Source of the DNA: Planctomycetota bacterium
GTDB lineage: Bacteria > Planctomycetota > JAMOSO01
Direction of reading: 5' to 3'
DNA: 64,000 nt
Assembly (NCBI GenBank): GCA_027063065.1
Contig: JAMOSO010000011.1
Location: 5,370 to 69,369, forward strand
The notes below the pieces were generated by a model. The model had not been told where the DNA came from. It saw nothing but the letters and a program-made list of their open reading frames with translations, and did no database searches. Positions 29,563-43,049 of this stretch are shown here, one piece after another. A program made the translations under genes and the position numbers. Each line of letters starts with the position of its first letter. Within the stretch, counting starts at the first letter, position 1.

Positions 29563-30188
29563 ATGAAAGAAACCATACGTTTAACTGCTGCACTAACTAT
29601 TATTTGTATGATTGCTACCGTATTATTAACTTATGTTAATGACTTAACTAAAGAGCCTATTGCCAAAGCACAAGCTTTGCAAAAAGCAAAAGCGTTAAAA
29701 CAAATTTTACCTCCATTTGATAATAATCCATTTGACGATGCAATAACTTTAAAAACCAGTGATGGTGAATTTAAAATATTACCTGGCAAACAAAACAATA
29801 AAATAATCAGTGTTGTTATCAGCGGATACACAATGCAAGGCTTTAGTGGTAAAATTGAGGCAATGGTCGGATTTGATAAAAATCAAAATATTACCAATAT
29901 TATAATTACTAAACACGCTGAAACACCAGGGCTAGGTACTAAAGTATGCAATCGCAAAGAACAAAAAACTCTAAATTCATTATTTTCAAATAAAAAAATA
30001 ACAGGAATTGTTCCAAATAAATTTTTAGATCAATTTAACGGGCGTAACCTAGTAACCTTAACTAATAAAGACAAAATTAAATTTGATGCAATTTCTGGCG
30101 CAACTGTTAGCTCTAAAGCTGTAGTAGATGCCGTTTCGCGTATAGCCACAGAATATTTAAAATATATCAATAAAATTGGAGATGTAAA

Positions 30189-30192
<4 letters not shown>
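29563..30192 (+). CDS. rnfG: Rnf complex subunit G
   Basis: N-terminal TM helix, GFSGKI, HAETPGLG, FMN-binding DAISGATVSS. Start at ATG 29563. Confidence 0.92.
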
Positions 30193-32517
<2,325 letters not shown>

Positions 32518-32521
32518 ATTG

Positions 32522-32557
32522 CAATATAGCCACTCAATTATTTGAGTGGCTATATTG
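32522..32557. terminator. Hairpin between convergent pgi and orphan genes (probable bidirectional terminator)
   Basis: 16-bp perfect stem CAATATAGCCACTCAA-ttat-TTGAGTGGCTATATTG. Confidence 0.75.
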
Positions 32558-32558
32558 A

Positions 32559-33626
32559 TTAAGCTACGTCAGTTATCTCCAACAATGCAACTGCCATTTC
32601 TTCTTCATCAATATAAGCGTGCAACAATCTAGCTTGACCAACTATTTGAGCAGCTAATTCTATGGCTTCAGTTTCGTTTAATGCCTCAGGTATACTAATT
32701 GCTTTATTTTTTAACCATTGGTGAGCATCCCAAAATCCAGCATCTTCACTTAAAATAGGTACATTATTTAAACAAACATCTGCAATTTGTAGGCAAACAT
32801 CCTCTGCTTCTCTAGTTAAATAAATTATTGCTTTTTCAGAATTAAAGTTTTTAACAGAACCTTCAAATAATAAGTTTAACAAATCTAATAAATTTGTTTC
32901 ACAAAATACTTTAAGCTTTGATGCGTCAACTTGTTTATGCAACCTAAAATTACGTACATTATCTGCAAATATCTCTTCAATCTGAGCAGTAATAGTAGCT
33001 GTAGACAAGTTAAAACTTAAATAAGCAAAGCCATGATGCGTCAATAAGCAATCTGCAGCTAAATGTTCAATAGCACTCATATCTATCAGCTTGACTATCG
33101 GCTGTAAATCTTCTTGATATTTAACTAAATAATCCTGTACATCTTTAATATCCAAAATAGCGTATACTTCTCTGGCATCTTCTACAATTTTATCGGCAAG
33201 TCGCATAATATCAAAATAAGCAGTATTAATTGATATTTTATAATTATTAATATTAGTATCTTCTCTATTTAACCATTGATCTGCCGACCAAAATCCTGCT
33301 AAAAAGCTTAACTGTGGTACATAGTGTTTACATATTCTAACTAGTGAGCGTCCTAAATCTGAGATTTCTTCACCCTTAGATATTAAATCTTCAAAATCAA
33401 AGTATATATCTCGATTAATCCAGTCATAAATACCAGAAGCATCTATACGATGGCTTAATTCATAACGTATTTTACCATTAAATGGTTCTCCACCCTTAAA
33501 AGTATCTTTGCTAACTCCTACTTCTATTTGACCTGTGGTTAAGTCTAACTCAATAAACGGTAATCCGTCTTTGGCTAGTAAAAAATCTGGGCTAAGCCCA
33601 CGTAAGTTTTCAAATTGTAATTTCAT
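32559..33626 (-). CDS. Hypothetical protein with two tandem copies of an unknown ~175-aa domain
   Basis: Long ORF with a GGGG(A)-type RBS. The halves share motifs DAS, C...VP.LS..AGFW.A.QWL and LA..IV..AR...A.hD. Confidence 0.75.
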   Translation of the reverse strand: MKLQFENLRGLSPDFLLAKDGLPFIELDLTTGQIEVGVSKDTFKGGEPFNGKIRYELSHRIDASGIYDWINRDIYFDFEDLISKGEEISDLGRSLVRICKHYVPQLSFLAGFWSADQWLNREDTNINNYKISINTAYFDIMRLADKIVEDAREVYAILDIKDVQDYLVKYQEDLQPIVKLIDMSAIEHLAADCLLTHHGFAYLSFNLSTATITAQIEEIFADNVRNFRLHKQVDASKLKVFCETNLLDLLNLLFEGSVKNFNSEKAIIYLTREAEDVCLQIADVCLNNVPILSEDAGFWDAHQWLKNKAISIPEALNETEAIELAAQIVGQARLLHAYIDEEEMAVALLEITDVA

Positions 33627-33733
33627 TCCCCTATTCTATCAAAGCAGCAAATAAATACCATTAAATCAATGCTTGGAGCAATTAAAAAAAACATTATAAT
33701 TAAGTTTTATAATTTTAATCGACAAGGATTACC

Positions 33734-34948
33734 TTGAAAATACTACATAGTTCTGACTGGCACTTAGGTCAGCGTTTTTTTGATGAAACTCGTTTAGAAG
33801 AACAAAAATCATTTTTAGATTACTTGTTAAATTTAATCAAAACAGAAAACATACAAGCACTTATTATTGCCGGTGATATTTTTGATACCGCTAATCCAAG
33901 CCGAGACGCTGAAAAATTATATTATGATTTTTTATTGCAGTGCAGTAAATTTAATAGTTTTCAAATTATCATCATTGCAGGCAACCATGATTCTGCCTCT
34001 CACTTAGAAGCTCCAAAAAGGTTATTAGAATCTTTAAATATTTACGTAATAGGAGCTTTACCAGATGATATTGATGAATTATTAATCCCACTTGGAACAG
34101 ACAAAAGCAACCCTAAAGCATGGTTAGCCGCTGTCCCATTTTTACGTGATAGAGATGTTAGGCAAGCAGTAATCGGAGAACAATTTGATGATATGCAAAG
34201 CAAAACTACACAGGGCATAATTAATTGTTATAAAAATATTAGCGATGAAATACAAAATAATATTAAATCCGATACTGATATACCCATTATAGCCACAGGA
34301 CATTTATCACTATTAGGTTCTACTATAAGTGAAAGTGAACGCTCTATTCATATTGGTAATCTAGGTAGCATATCGGACAAGCGTCTAAGTGATTGTTGTT
34401 TTGATTATTTAGCCTTGGGTCATTTACATAGCCCTCAATCTGTTGGTAAAAGCAATAAAATATTTTATTCTGGATCGCCAATCCCACTTAGCTTTAGTGA
34501 AATAAAACCAAAAGAAATACAGTTAATTACTATCAAAAAAAATAAATTACATCATCGTGCAATACAATTACCAACATTCAGACGCTTAATAAAATTACGT
34601 GGTAATTATGCAGAGATCAATGCCAAGCTAATATCCTTAGGTGTTACTAAAACAGAATTAATCCCTTGGGTTGAAATATCTATAACTCAAACAGATATAA
34701 CTGCAACAGAACAAAATCAATTGCGTGATATAGCTCAAAAAAACAACGCCCTTATTTTAAAAATTGGTTTAGATATAAAACAACAAAAAGCCATACCGCA
34801 AATTGAAAATAATATCAATTTACAAGAACTTAGCCCTCAGCAAGTATTTCAACACAAATTAAGCTCGATAGAAACAGAACTTAACACTGAGGAATTATTA
34901 AATTGTTTTAATAAAATTTTAGAAGATATACAAAATGAAAATTCGTAG
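33734..34948 (+). CDS. sbcD: Nuclease SbcCD subunit D
   Basis: LHSSDWHLG, AGDIFD, AGNHDS, ATGHL, YLALGHLH, YSGSPIPLSFSE. Confidence 0.94.
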   Translation: MKILHSSDWHLGQRFFDETRLEEQKSFLDYLLNLIKTENIQALIIAGDIFDTANPSRDAEKLYYDFLLQCSKFNSFQIIIIAGNHDSASHLEAPKRLLESLNIYVIGALPDDIDELLIPLGTDKSNPKAWLAAVPFLRDRDVRQAVIGEQFDDMQSKTTQGIINCYKNISDEIQNNIKSDTDIPIIATGHLSLLGSTISESERSIHIGNLGSISDKRLSDCCFDYLALGHLHSPQSVGKSNKIFYSGSPIPLSFSEIKPKEIQLITIKKNKLHHRAIQLPTFRRLIKLRGNYAEINAKLISLGVTKTELIPWVEISITQTDITATEQNQLRDIAQKNNALILKIGLDIKQQKAIPQIENNINLQELSPQQVFQHKLSSIETELNTEELLNCFNKILEDIQNENS

Positions 34949-37865
34949 TTTACATTTTGCCAATTTAAATTCATTACAAGGCAATAATGAGATTTTCTTT
35001 GCTAAAGGCGCATTGGCAGAAGCTGGAATATTTGCTATTACAGGCCCAACAGGCGCAGGTAAATCTACCATATTAGATGCAATAACATTAGCTTTATTTG
35101 GCAAAGCTGCACGCTACGGCAAAGATGTAAATCCAGAAAATATGATGAGTCGTGGCACTGCCAATTGTTTTGCAGAAGTATGTTTTGAAACGCATAAAGG
35201 TGTTTATCGAGCCCGTTGGGATAGACGGCGTAGCCACAACAAACCAACTGGTAAAATGCAATCCGCAAAAAGACAAATTACCAGTGTTGACGGATCTATC
35301 CTAGCCGAAAAAAATCAAGAAGTTGACAAATTAATTGTCGAAATAAGTGGTATGAATTATGAACAATTTTTGCGATCTATTTTATTAGCTCAAGGACACT
35401 TTAAAGAATTTTTAGATGCAAAGCCAAATCAACGCGGTGAGTTATTAGAACGTATTACTGGTACAGAAATATATTCTAAAATAGGTGAACAAGCATATAT
35501 TGTTGCTAAAGAAAAAAACAATCAAATAAAAACTGCTACCGATAGCCTAAAAAACATAGAAATAATTGATGAAGAAACATTAACTATTTATACAAAAGAG
35601 CAAGATACAATCAATAAGAGTATACTCATAGAAGAAAAACAATTAACTAAGCTAGAACAAAAAATATTACTATACAATCAAAAACGTGATTTTGAAATTA
35701 ACTTATATACTATTAATTCTAGCTTACAAAAATCTAAAAAAGAGCTTAATGCGTTTAATCAACATTTAGATTTTTTAGAGCAATACAACAATGCCCAACC
35801 ATTTCTAATTAAATTAGAATCATTAAATAAAGCAAAAACTCAAAAGGAAAATTTAATAATAAAGCATAAAGCATTAAATCAAAACTTATCAACCGCTTAT
35901 AATAACCTGATAGAGTCTTTACAAATTGCTATTAGTGCTATCGATTTAAATATTGTCAAATTTAACAATCAAAAACAAAATTTAGAATTACAATTATTAG
36001 ATATAAACAAACAAGAATCTCAACTTAAAATAGCTTTGGATATTAAAACATCATTTGATAACAATATTTTAACTAATTTAAAAAATAAACTTCATGATGA
36101 TAGAATGTTATTGTTAAAAGAGCATAATACTGTCAAATACGCGTTAGATATAAAAGAAAATATTGTCAAAACAAAAGAAAATATTCAACAAAACTCAATC
36201 AAACTACAACAATTAAATTTAGATTTACAACAAAGACAATTGGCACATAAACAATTTGAAAAAGAATTAAATAAAGAATTAGAGATTTTAAAAGATAAAG
36301 AAACTATCGAGCAACAACGCCAACAAATAGCCAGTTTAAACCAAAGACGACAATACTTACAAAAAGGCATTGCCTGTCCTTTGTGCGGATCTACTGAACA
36401 CCCATTTACACAACAAAAACCACAAGTGAAAATTGATGATAAATTAAAGCTACAAAAACAAATAGTGCTAAACAAGCAAAACCAAATTGCTAAAATTTTA
36501 TCAGATATTTCTGCACTACAAAGCTCCATTACAGCCTGCATAAATCAAAAAGAATATTTATCAACAGAAATTAAACAATATACACAATCATTTAATCAAA
36601 AGGCTTCTAATTTTAGCATAGATACCCCTATAGAAAAAATTAATCTATTATTAAACGATATACTAAAAGAAGGCAATAATATTAAAGACCGTATTTGTAA
36701 AATTGATTTATTAACTAATTTATACAATCAAGCACAAAAGATAACCTTACAGAGACAACAACTCGATCAACAAATAAACCAAGAAAGCAATGAACGACTT
36801 AATTATATTAAATATTTAAATGAATTTAATGTTAAATTTCAAAAACAAGATATTAAATATTTGCAAAATAACAATTATTATCGAAACACTTACAATACCA
36901 ACTCTACTAAATACGCCCAATTACTAATACAAAACAAAGATTGTCAAACTGAGCTAGATAATATTGCAAATGTTATAACACAAGAATCAAACATATTATT
37001 TAATGATTGTCAAAAAATAAAACTTAGTTCAATTACAGAACTAGCAACCTTGCTACAGCAAAAAGATAAAGCTCAAAATTTAAAACAACAAGAAATACGT
37101 ATAAAAGAAAATTTAATAAGTTTAGAAGCTAGAAAAAAAGATGCTGAAATAGCTCTTGATAAAATATTATTACAATGCCCACCTAGCGAGCAAGAATTAA
37201 GCGATTTTACAAAGCAAATAGATATTATCAAAACTAATATAAATCAAAAACGTGAAAGATTTGGTGAGCTAAACAACATTATTTTAATGGCAAAATCTGC
37301 ACAAAAAAAATATAAAGATAAAATACAAAATATTATTGATTTAGAAAACAATGCTAAACCTTGGTTTATTTTAAATGATATAATAGGCAGTGCCGATGGA
37401 GCAAAATTTTCTACTTTTGCACAGGGCTTAACTCTGGAACAATTAGTTATATTTGCCAATCAACATCTACAAAATATCGAAAAACGCTATAGTATTGTCA
37501 GAGTAAAAAACAGTGATTTAGATTTAGAAATAATAGACCATTTTCAAGCAGACATTCACCGCCCTACAAAGAGTTTGTCTGGAGGTGAATCGTTTCTGGT
37601 AAGTTTAGCATTGGCATTGGGGCTTTCAGATTTATCTGGTAATAAAACAAAAATAGAGACATTATTTATAGACGAAGGCTTTGGCACATTAGATAGCGAC
37701 ACATTAGATATTGCCCTATCTGCCTTAGAAGCTTTACGGCTTAACAACTGTACTATCGGTGTTATAAGTCATATAGAATCATTAAAAACACGCCTTTCAA
37801 CACAAATTCAAGTTAAAAAAAGTAGTGATGGTAATGCTACTTTGCAAATAGTTGAATTTACATAA
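34935..37865 (+). CDS. sbcC: Nuclease SbcCD subunit C (Rad50-like)
   Basis: NLNSL, Walker A GPTGAGKST, LAQG, long coiled coil with zinc hook CPLCGS, LSGGE signature, FIDEGFGTLD, GVISH. Confidence 0.94.
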   Translation: MKIRSLHFANLNSLQGNNEIFFAKGALAEAGIFAITGPTGAGKSTILDAITLALFGKAARYGKDVNPENMMSRGTANCFAEVCFETHKGVYRARWDRRRSHNKPTGKMQSAKRQITSVDGSILAEKNQEVDKLIVEISGMNYEQFLRSILLAQGHFKEFLDAKPNQRGELLERITGTEIYSKIGEQAYIVAKEKNNQIKTATDSLKNIEIIDEETLTIYTKEQDTINKSILIEEKQLTKLEQKILLYNQKRDFEINLYTINSSLQKSKKELNAFNQHLDFLEQYNNAQPFLIKLESLNKAKTQKENLIIKHKALNQNLSTAYNNLIESLQIAISAIDLNIVKFNNQKQNLELQLLDINKQESQLKIALDIKTSFDNNILTNLKNKLHDDRMLLLKEHNTVKYALDIKENIVKTKENIQQNSIKLQQLNLDLQQRQLAHKQFEKELNKELEILKDKETIEQQRQQIASLNQRRQYLQKGIACPLCGSTEHPFTQQKPQVKIDDKLKLQKQIVLNKQNQIAKILSDISALQSSITACINQKEYLSTEIKQYTQSFNQKASNFSIDTPIEKINLLLNDILKEGNNIKDRICKIDLLTNLYNQAQKITLQRQQLDQQINQESNERLNYIKYLNEFNVKFQKQDIKYLQNNNYYRNTYNTNSTKYAQLLIQNKDCQTELDNIANVITQESNILFNDCQKIKLSSITELATLLQQKDKAQNLKQQEIRIKENLISLEARKKDAEIALDKILLQCPPSEQELSDFTKQIDIIKTNINQKRERFGELNNIILMAKSAQKKYKDKIQNIIDLENNAKPWFILNDIIGSADGAKFSTFAQGLTLEQLVIFANQHLQNIEKRYSIVRVKNSDLDLEIIDHFQADIHRPTKSLSGGESFLVSLALALGLSDLSGNKTKIETLFIDEGFGTLDSDTLDIALSALEALRLNNCTIGVISHIESLKTRLSTQIQVKKSSDGNATLQIVEFT

Positions 37866-37883
37866 TTATGCTATAATTTAATA

Positions 37884-39734
37884 ATGACAACACCTTTAGA
37901 AATATTAAAAACAATATATGGATATGATGCCTTTCGTCATAATCAAGATGCTGTTATTGAAACGCTTTGTCTTGGCAAAGATGCTCTTTGCCTTATGCCA
38001 ACTGGTGGAGGTAAATCATTATGCTATCAAATACCTGCATTAGTCCGCAAAGGTACTGGCATTGTTGTGTCGCCATTAATTGCATTAATGCAAGATCAAG
38101 TTAATGCTCTAAAACTACTTGGAATTAAAGCTGATTTTATCAACTCAAGCCAAAATATAACGACACAAAACCAAGTTAAGCAAAGATTGCAAAATGGTCA
38201 ATTAGATATTTTATATGTTGCGCCAGAACGACTATTAATGCCACAGACACTTGATTTACTAGCAACCTGCGAAATATCACTTTTTGCTATTGATGAGGCT
38301 CATTGCGTAAGTCAATGGGGACATGATTTTAGACCAGAATATCAAAAACTCTTTATTTTACATCAAAGATTTCCAACTATACCAAGAATAGCTTTAACTG
38401 CTACTGCCGATAAACGAACAAGAGCAGAAATTATAGAACAATTAGACTTAGCTAATGCAAAACAATTTATTAATAGTTTTGATAGACCTAATATCAAATA
38501 TACTATTACCGATGGCGATAATGCCAAAGTTAGATTGCTAGATTTTATAAACACTTACCATCCAAATGAAGCTGGCATTATATATTGTTTGTCTCGCAAA
38601 AAAACAGAAGCCATCGCTGATTGGTTAAATACAAAAGGCAGGCGTGCCCTTCCCTACCATGCAGGATTGCCTGTGGAAGAACGAAATAATAACCAAGAAA
38701 CATTTTTACGAGATAGCTCTACAATTATAGTGGCAACTATTGCTTTTGGTATGGGTATCGACAAACCAGATGTACGTTTTGTAGCTCACTTAACGTTACC
38801 TAAAAGTATCGAAGCCTATTATCAAGAAACAGGACGCGCTGGGCGTGATGGATTGCCATCAAATGCATGGATGGCATATAGCTTGCAAGATGTCATTATG
38901 TTACGTCAAATGATTGAAGAAAGCTCTGGAAACGAACTATACAAACGTATTACTAAACAAAAATTAGAAGCTATGTTAAGTTTATGTGATTGCTATACAT
39001 GTCGCAGACAAATTATCCTAAATTATTTTGACGAATATGTACCTGACAAATGCAATAATTGTGATGTATGTATTGAACCACCTCAAATGCAAGATGCCAC
39101 TATAGCATCACAAAAAATATTAAGCTGTGCCTATAGAACAGGTCAAAGATTTGGTTCTAGTTATTTGATTGATGTTTTACTGGGCAAAGAAACAGATAGA
39201 ATTTTAAATAATAACCATCATAATATTTCTACATTTAATATTGGCTTAGAGCACAGCTCTATAGAATGGAAACATATTGTTCGACAATTAATTGTATCAG
39301 GCTATCTAAAAACTGATAATGAAGGCTATGGAGGACTACAATTAACTAAACAATCAAAAAGCATTTTAATAGGCAAACAAAAAGTGTTGATTAGACAATT
39401 TAAAAAAAATAAATTAAAATCTAAACAACACAACAAACATTCATACACTAATAACAATGAAAAAAAATCTAATTTATTTGAACATTTGCGCAAAATAAGA
39501 TTTACTATGGCAAAAAAAGAAAATGTCCCTGCTTACAGAATTTTTCCTGATAAAACTTTAGAAGCAATGTCCCATTTTAAACCTGACAGTTTAACAAAAA
39601 TGTCTAAAATATCAGGAGTAGGTGACAAAAAACTACATAGTTATGGTAAAATTTTCATCGATGCTATTCAAACTTTTCAAATAAAAAAAGAAACTAAAAG
39701 CACCTCAACCTCAACCCCTGATTTTTTAGGCTAA
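37884..39734 (+). CDS. recQ: ATP-dependent DNA helicase RecQ
   Basis: [59 protein letters not shown], Zn-binding CNNCDVC, RQC and HRDC (VPAYRIF) domains. Confidence 0.96.
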   Translation: MTTPLEILKTIYGYDAFRHNQDAVIETLCLGKDALCLMPTGGGKSLCYQIPALVRKGTGIVVSPLIALMQDQVNALKLLGIKADFINSSQNITTQNQVKQRLQNGQLDILYVAPERLLMPQTLDLLATCEISLFAIDEAHCVSQWGHDFRPEYQKLFILHQRFPTIPRIALTATADKRTRAEIIEQLDLANAKQFINSFDRPNIKYTITDGDNAKVRLLDFINTYHPNEAGIIYCLSRKKTEAIADWLNTKGRRALPYHAGLPVEERNNNQETFLRDSSTIIVATIAFGMGIDKPDVRFVAHLTLPKSIEAYYQETGRAGRDGLPSNAWMAYSLQDVIMLRQMIEESSGNELYKRITKQKLEAMLSLCDCYTCRRQIILNYFDEYVPDKCNNCDVCIEPPQMQDATIASQKILSCAYRTGQRFGSSYLIDVLLGKETDRILNNNHHNISTFNIGLEHSSIEWKHIVRQLIVSGYLKTDNEGYGGLQLTKQSKSILIGKQKVLIRQFKKNKLKSKQHNKHSYTNNNEKKSNLFEHLRKIRFTMAKKENVPAYRIFPDKTLEAMSHFKPDSLTKMSKISGVGDKKLHSYGKIFIDAIQTFQIKKETKSTSTSTPDFLG

Positions 39735-39735
39735 T

Positions 39736-41004
39736 ATGATTTTTAATTTAGTATATTTAATTTTTTTACTCATAAGCGCACCATACTTTATAATATCTAT
39801 AATACGGCGTGATAAACATAGGATTGGCTTATTACAAAAATTTAGTTTTGTATTGCCAACAGTAAAAACTGAAAATAATATTTGGATACATGCAGTATCA
39901 GTTGGAGAGGTATTATTATGTCGTCCATTAGTAGCAAAATTAAAAAAAACAAATCCTGATTTCAATATAGTAATTTCAGTAACAACAGCTACTGGATACC
40001 GTATGGCGCAAAAACATTTTACAGAACATAATTTAATTTTTTACCCATTTGATTTTACATGGTCTGTAAAACGTATCTTAAAAAAAATAAATCCAAAAAT
40101 AATTTTATTGGCAGAATTAGAACTATGGCCAAACTTTATAATGACTGCTAAAAAAATGAATATTCCCGTTGCCATTATCAATGGACGTTTAACTCATAGA
40201 TCTTGCCTAGGCTTTAAACGAGCAATTAAAATTTTAAAACCAATGTTTGACGGCGTTGATTATTTTTGGATGCAAACCAATTTATACGCAGATAGGTTAA
40301 GGCTTTTAGGCATAGATGATGCAAAAATAAAAAAACTTGGGTCTATGAAATATGACAATTTAGATTACACCCCTAAAAATGATAAAATTAAAAACATAAC
40401 CTCTGCTCTAAATAATTATCCAAAACGTATTATTTTAGTTGCTGGATCAACACATAGCCCAGAAGAGACATACTTATTAAACGCCTTAAAACCTTTAATT
40501 AAACAAAAAAAACTAACTCTAATTATAGCCCCTAGACATCCAGAACGTTATAACGAAGTTGAAAGCATGATTATAAATCAAAAAATCAATTGCATTCGTA
40601 AAACCCAGTTAGATAAAAATCAAAAATATATAGAAAATTCTATTATATTATTAGATACGATAGGAGAATTATCACAAGTATATGGTTTATCTGATTCAGT
40701 TTATATTGGCGGAACTTTAATTGACCATGGTGGTCAAAATTTAATGGAACCAGCCGCTTTGGGCAAAGCCATTATATGTGGTCCATCAATATATAATTTT
40801 CAAGAAACATACAATTTACTTCAAAGAGCGGGTGCTATCATTAATGTAAAAGATGAACAAGAGTTAATATTAGAATGCCAACAAAATTTATTAAATCGAG
40901 ACTTGCAATCAATTGGCAAACTTGGTGTAGAGGTTATGCGAGCTCAAGCTGGTTCTACACAAAAACATTGCGATGCTATTTTAAAGATATTACAAAATGC
41001 GTAA
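39736..41004 (+). CDS. waaA: 3-deoxy-D-manno-octulosonic acid transferase
   Basis: IWIHAVSVGE, ELELWPN, INGRL, GSMKYD, AGSTH, APRHPER, DTIGEL, GGQNLMEPA. Confidence 0.93.
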   Translation: MIFNLVYLIFLLISAPYFIISIIRRDKHRIGLLQKFSFVLPTVKTENNIWIHAVSVGEVLLCRPLVAKLKKTNPDFNIVISVTTATGYRMAQKHFTEHNLIFYPFDFTWSVKRILKKINPKIILLAELELWPNFIMTAKKMNIPVAIINGRLTHRSCLGFKRAIKILKPMFDGVDYFWMQTNLYADRLRLLGIDDAKIKKLGSMKYDNLDYTPKNDKIKNITSALNNYPKRIILVAGSTHSPEETYLLNALKPLIKQKKLTLIIAPRHPERYNEVESMIINQKINCIRKTQLDKNQKYIENSIILLDTIGELSQVYGLSDSVYIGGTLIDHGGQNLMEPAALGKAIICGPSIYNFQETYNLLQRAGAIINVKDEQELILECQQNLLNRDLQSIGKLGVEVMRAQAGSTQKHCDAILKILQNA

Positions 41005-41992
41005 AACTAATATAAGAGTATTAAGTATTTTTATAATACATTTTTTAACAGGGGTAATTGGATATCATCTAATTGAAGGTTGGGATTTAATCCAATCTTT
41101 TTATATGACATCTATTACAATTTCTACAGTAGGTTATCAAGAGGCTTTGCCTTTAAGTCCAGCTGGTAAAATTTTTACATCAATTTATATAATCATTGGA
41201 ATTGTTATTATGGCTGCCATTATTGCGGTGATTACATCAGTAATTATCGAGGGAGTATTTCATAATAAAATCAGAAGGAGAAAAATGATTAAAGAAATAA
41301 AAAAATTACGCAACCATTATATTATTGTCGGTTCTGGGCGTGTGGGCTTAGAAGTAATCAAACAAATGAATGCTGCCAAACAGAAATTTGTGGTCATAGA
41401 AAAAGATGATCAAAAAATAGATAATTTAAAAGAACCTCATCATATCAAATTATACGTAATAGGTGATGCGACCGATGAGAAAGTGTTAATAGATGCAGGT
41501 ATCGAAAATGCCTTGGGTATTATTTTAGCAATTAGCAACGATGCAGAAAACTTATTTAGCATTGTAACAATCAGGGGCATATCCAAAGAAATTAAAATAA
41601 TATCAAGAGCAACTTCGCAGAGTTCATGCAAAAAATTTATGCATGCAGGAGCAAACTCTGTTATCAATCCTGGCAAATTAACTGGCATCCGACTTTCTAA
41701 TATGCTTTTAAAACCAAGCGTAGTAAACCTAATGGATGGCATTACAGATATCAACAATGCTAATATGACTATTGAACAAGTTATCATACCTATGCAATCA
41801 TCCCTTATCAACAAAACTATTATGGACGCGGCTATACCTAAAAAAACAGGATTTTTAATTTTAGCCATTACTAGCGCCAATGGAGCATTTTTATTTAATC
41901 CTAAACCAGATTTAATTTTAGAAGCTGGCGATACATTGGTATTAGCTGGTGATCCTGCTAGATTAAGTCGCCTATATGAGCTAATAAGTTGA
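40997..41992 (+). CDS. 2TM ion channel with RCK (TrkA-N/TrkA-C) domains, K+ channel family
   Basis: TM-pore-TM with TISTVGYQE, Rossmann HYIIVGSGRVG, GDATDE, TrkA-C FNPKPD. Confidence 0.88.
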   Translation: MRKTNIRVLSIFIIHFLTGVIGYHLIEGWDLIQSFYMTSITISTVGYQEALPLSPAGKIFTSIYIIIGIVIMAAIIAVITSVIIEGVFHNKIRRRKMIKEIKKLRNHYIIVGSGRVGLEVIKQMNAAKQKFVVIEKDDQKIDNLKEPHHIKLYVIGDATDEKVLIDAGIENALGIILAISNDAENLFSIVTIRGISKEIKIISRATSQSSCKKFMHAGANSVINPGKLTGIRLSNMLLKPSVVNLMDGITDINNANMTIEQVIIPMQSSLINKTIMDAAIPKKTGFLILAITSANGAFLFNPKPDLILEAGDTLVLAGDPARLSRLYELIS

Positions 41993-43029
41993 AAACTATA
42001 AATTATAAAAAATTAAATCGTATTGTTATTCGCGTTCCAAACTGGATTGGAGATTGTGTAATGGCCATTGGAGGCTTACGCGCTATACGCAACCTTTGTC
42101 CAAATGCCCATATTGCTATTGTCGGCAGACCATGGGTAGCTGGCTTATTTGAACATCTTGACTGCATAGATGAGATTATCGCATTTGATAAAACCACAAC
42201 CGATAAATTACCATTTGGATTTTTAAAATTTTGCAAAAAACTAAAAGCAAAACAATTTGATGCTGCCTTTTTATTTCAAAATGCCTTTGAAGCTGCACTA
42301 ATGGTATCTTTGGCAGGCATTAAAATTAAAATAGGCTATAATCGTGACTGTCGTGGTTTTATGTTAAGCCATCCAATATATGTTAATCGTCAAAAATTAT
42401 TATCCAAACATGAAGTTTTTTATTATACAAATATAATAAAACAAAGTTTTAAGCCAACAACAAGCATCGATAGCAATATAAGATTAATAAATACGGATAA
42501 ACAAAATATTATTGAGCAAACATTTAAAAAATTTAATATACCACAACACAAAAACATTATAGGCATATCCCCTGGCGCTGCATTTGGACCTGCTAAACGC
42601 TGGCCAACTAATAATTTTTCTGAACTAGCCAAGCGTTTGCAAACCGAGTTAAATGCCACAGTAATTATTACTGGCGCAAAGGCTGATCAAAAGCCTACAG
42701 AAAATATGCCTGGTATAAATTTATGTGCTAAAACAAGTTTAAGCGAAGCCATATATTTAACTGCGGGATGTGATATTTTTATCTCAAATGATTCAGGGCC
42801 AATGCATATTGCTGCCGCTTTAAAAATACCGCAAATTGCCATATTTGGCTCTACAGATTATATACGCACAGGACCGTTTTCTGACAAAGCCATTATATTA
42901 AGAGATGAAGAATTAGATTGTATTCCTTGTCGCAAAAGAACTTGCAAACTTGGAACCTATGAATGTCTTAGCAAAATAACTGTACAAAATGTATTTAATA
43001 ATTGTGTAAAATTATTAAATAACAAATAA
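41989..43029 (+). CDS. waaF: Lipopolysaccharide heptosyltransferase II (GT9)
   Basis: RVPNWIGDCVMA, PGAAFGPAKRWP, SNDSGPMHIAAA, AIFGST, CIPC..C. Confidence 0.9.
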   Translation: MKTINYKKLNRIVIRVPNWIGDCVMAIGGLRAIRNLCPNAHIAIVGRPWVAGLFEHLDCIDEIIAFDKTTTDKLPFGFLKFCKKLKAKQFDAAFLFQNAFEAALMVSLAGIKIKIGYNRDCRGFMLSHPIYVNRQKLLSKHEVFYYTNIIKQSFKPTTSIDSNIRLINTDKQNIIEQTFKKFNIPQHKNIIGISPGAAFGPAKRWPTNNFSELAKRLQTELNATVIITGAKADQKPTENMPGINLCAKTSLSEAIYLTAGCDIFISNDSGPMHIAAALKIPQIAIFGSTDYIRTGPFSDKAIILRDEELDCIPCRKRTCKLGTYECLSKITVQNVFNNCVKLLNNK

Positions 43030-43049
43030 ATTTAATATAAAACTATCCA

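Noticed and set aside
33646-33660. sigma54-like TGGTATTTATTTGCT upstream of the tandem-domain gene
   Set aside because: Spacing is GG-N9-GC, one base short of the strict requirement.
35500-37350. Low-complexity Q/K/N/L-rich stretch that looks repetitive
   Set aside because: It is the SbcC coiled coil around the zinc hook. I saw no DNA tandem repeat.
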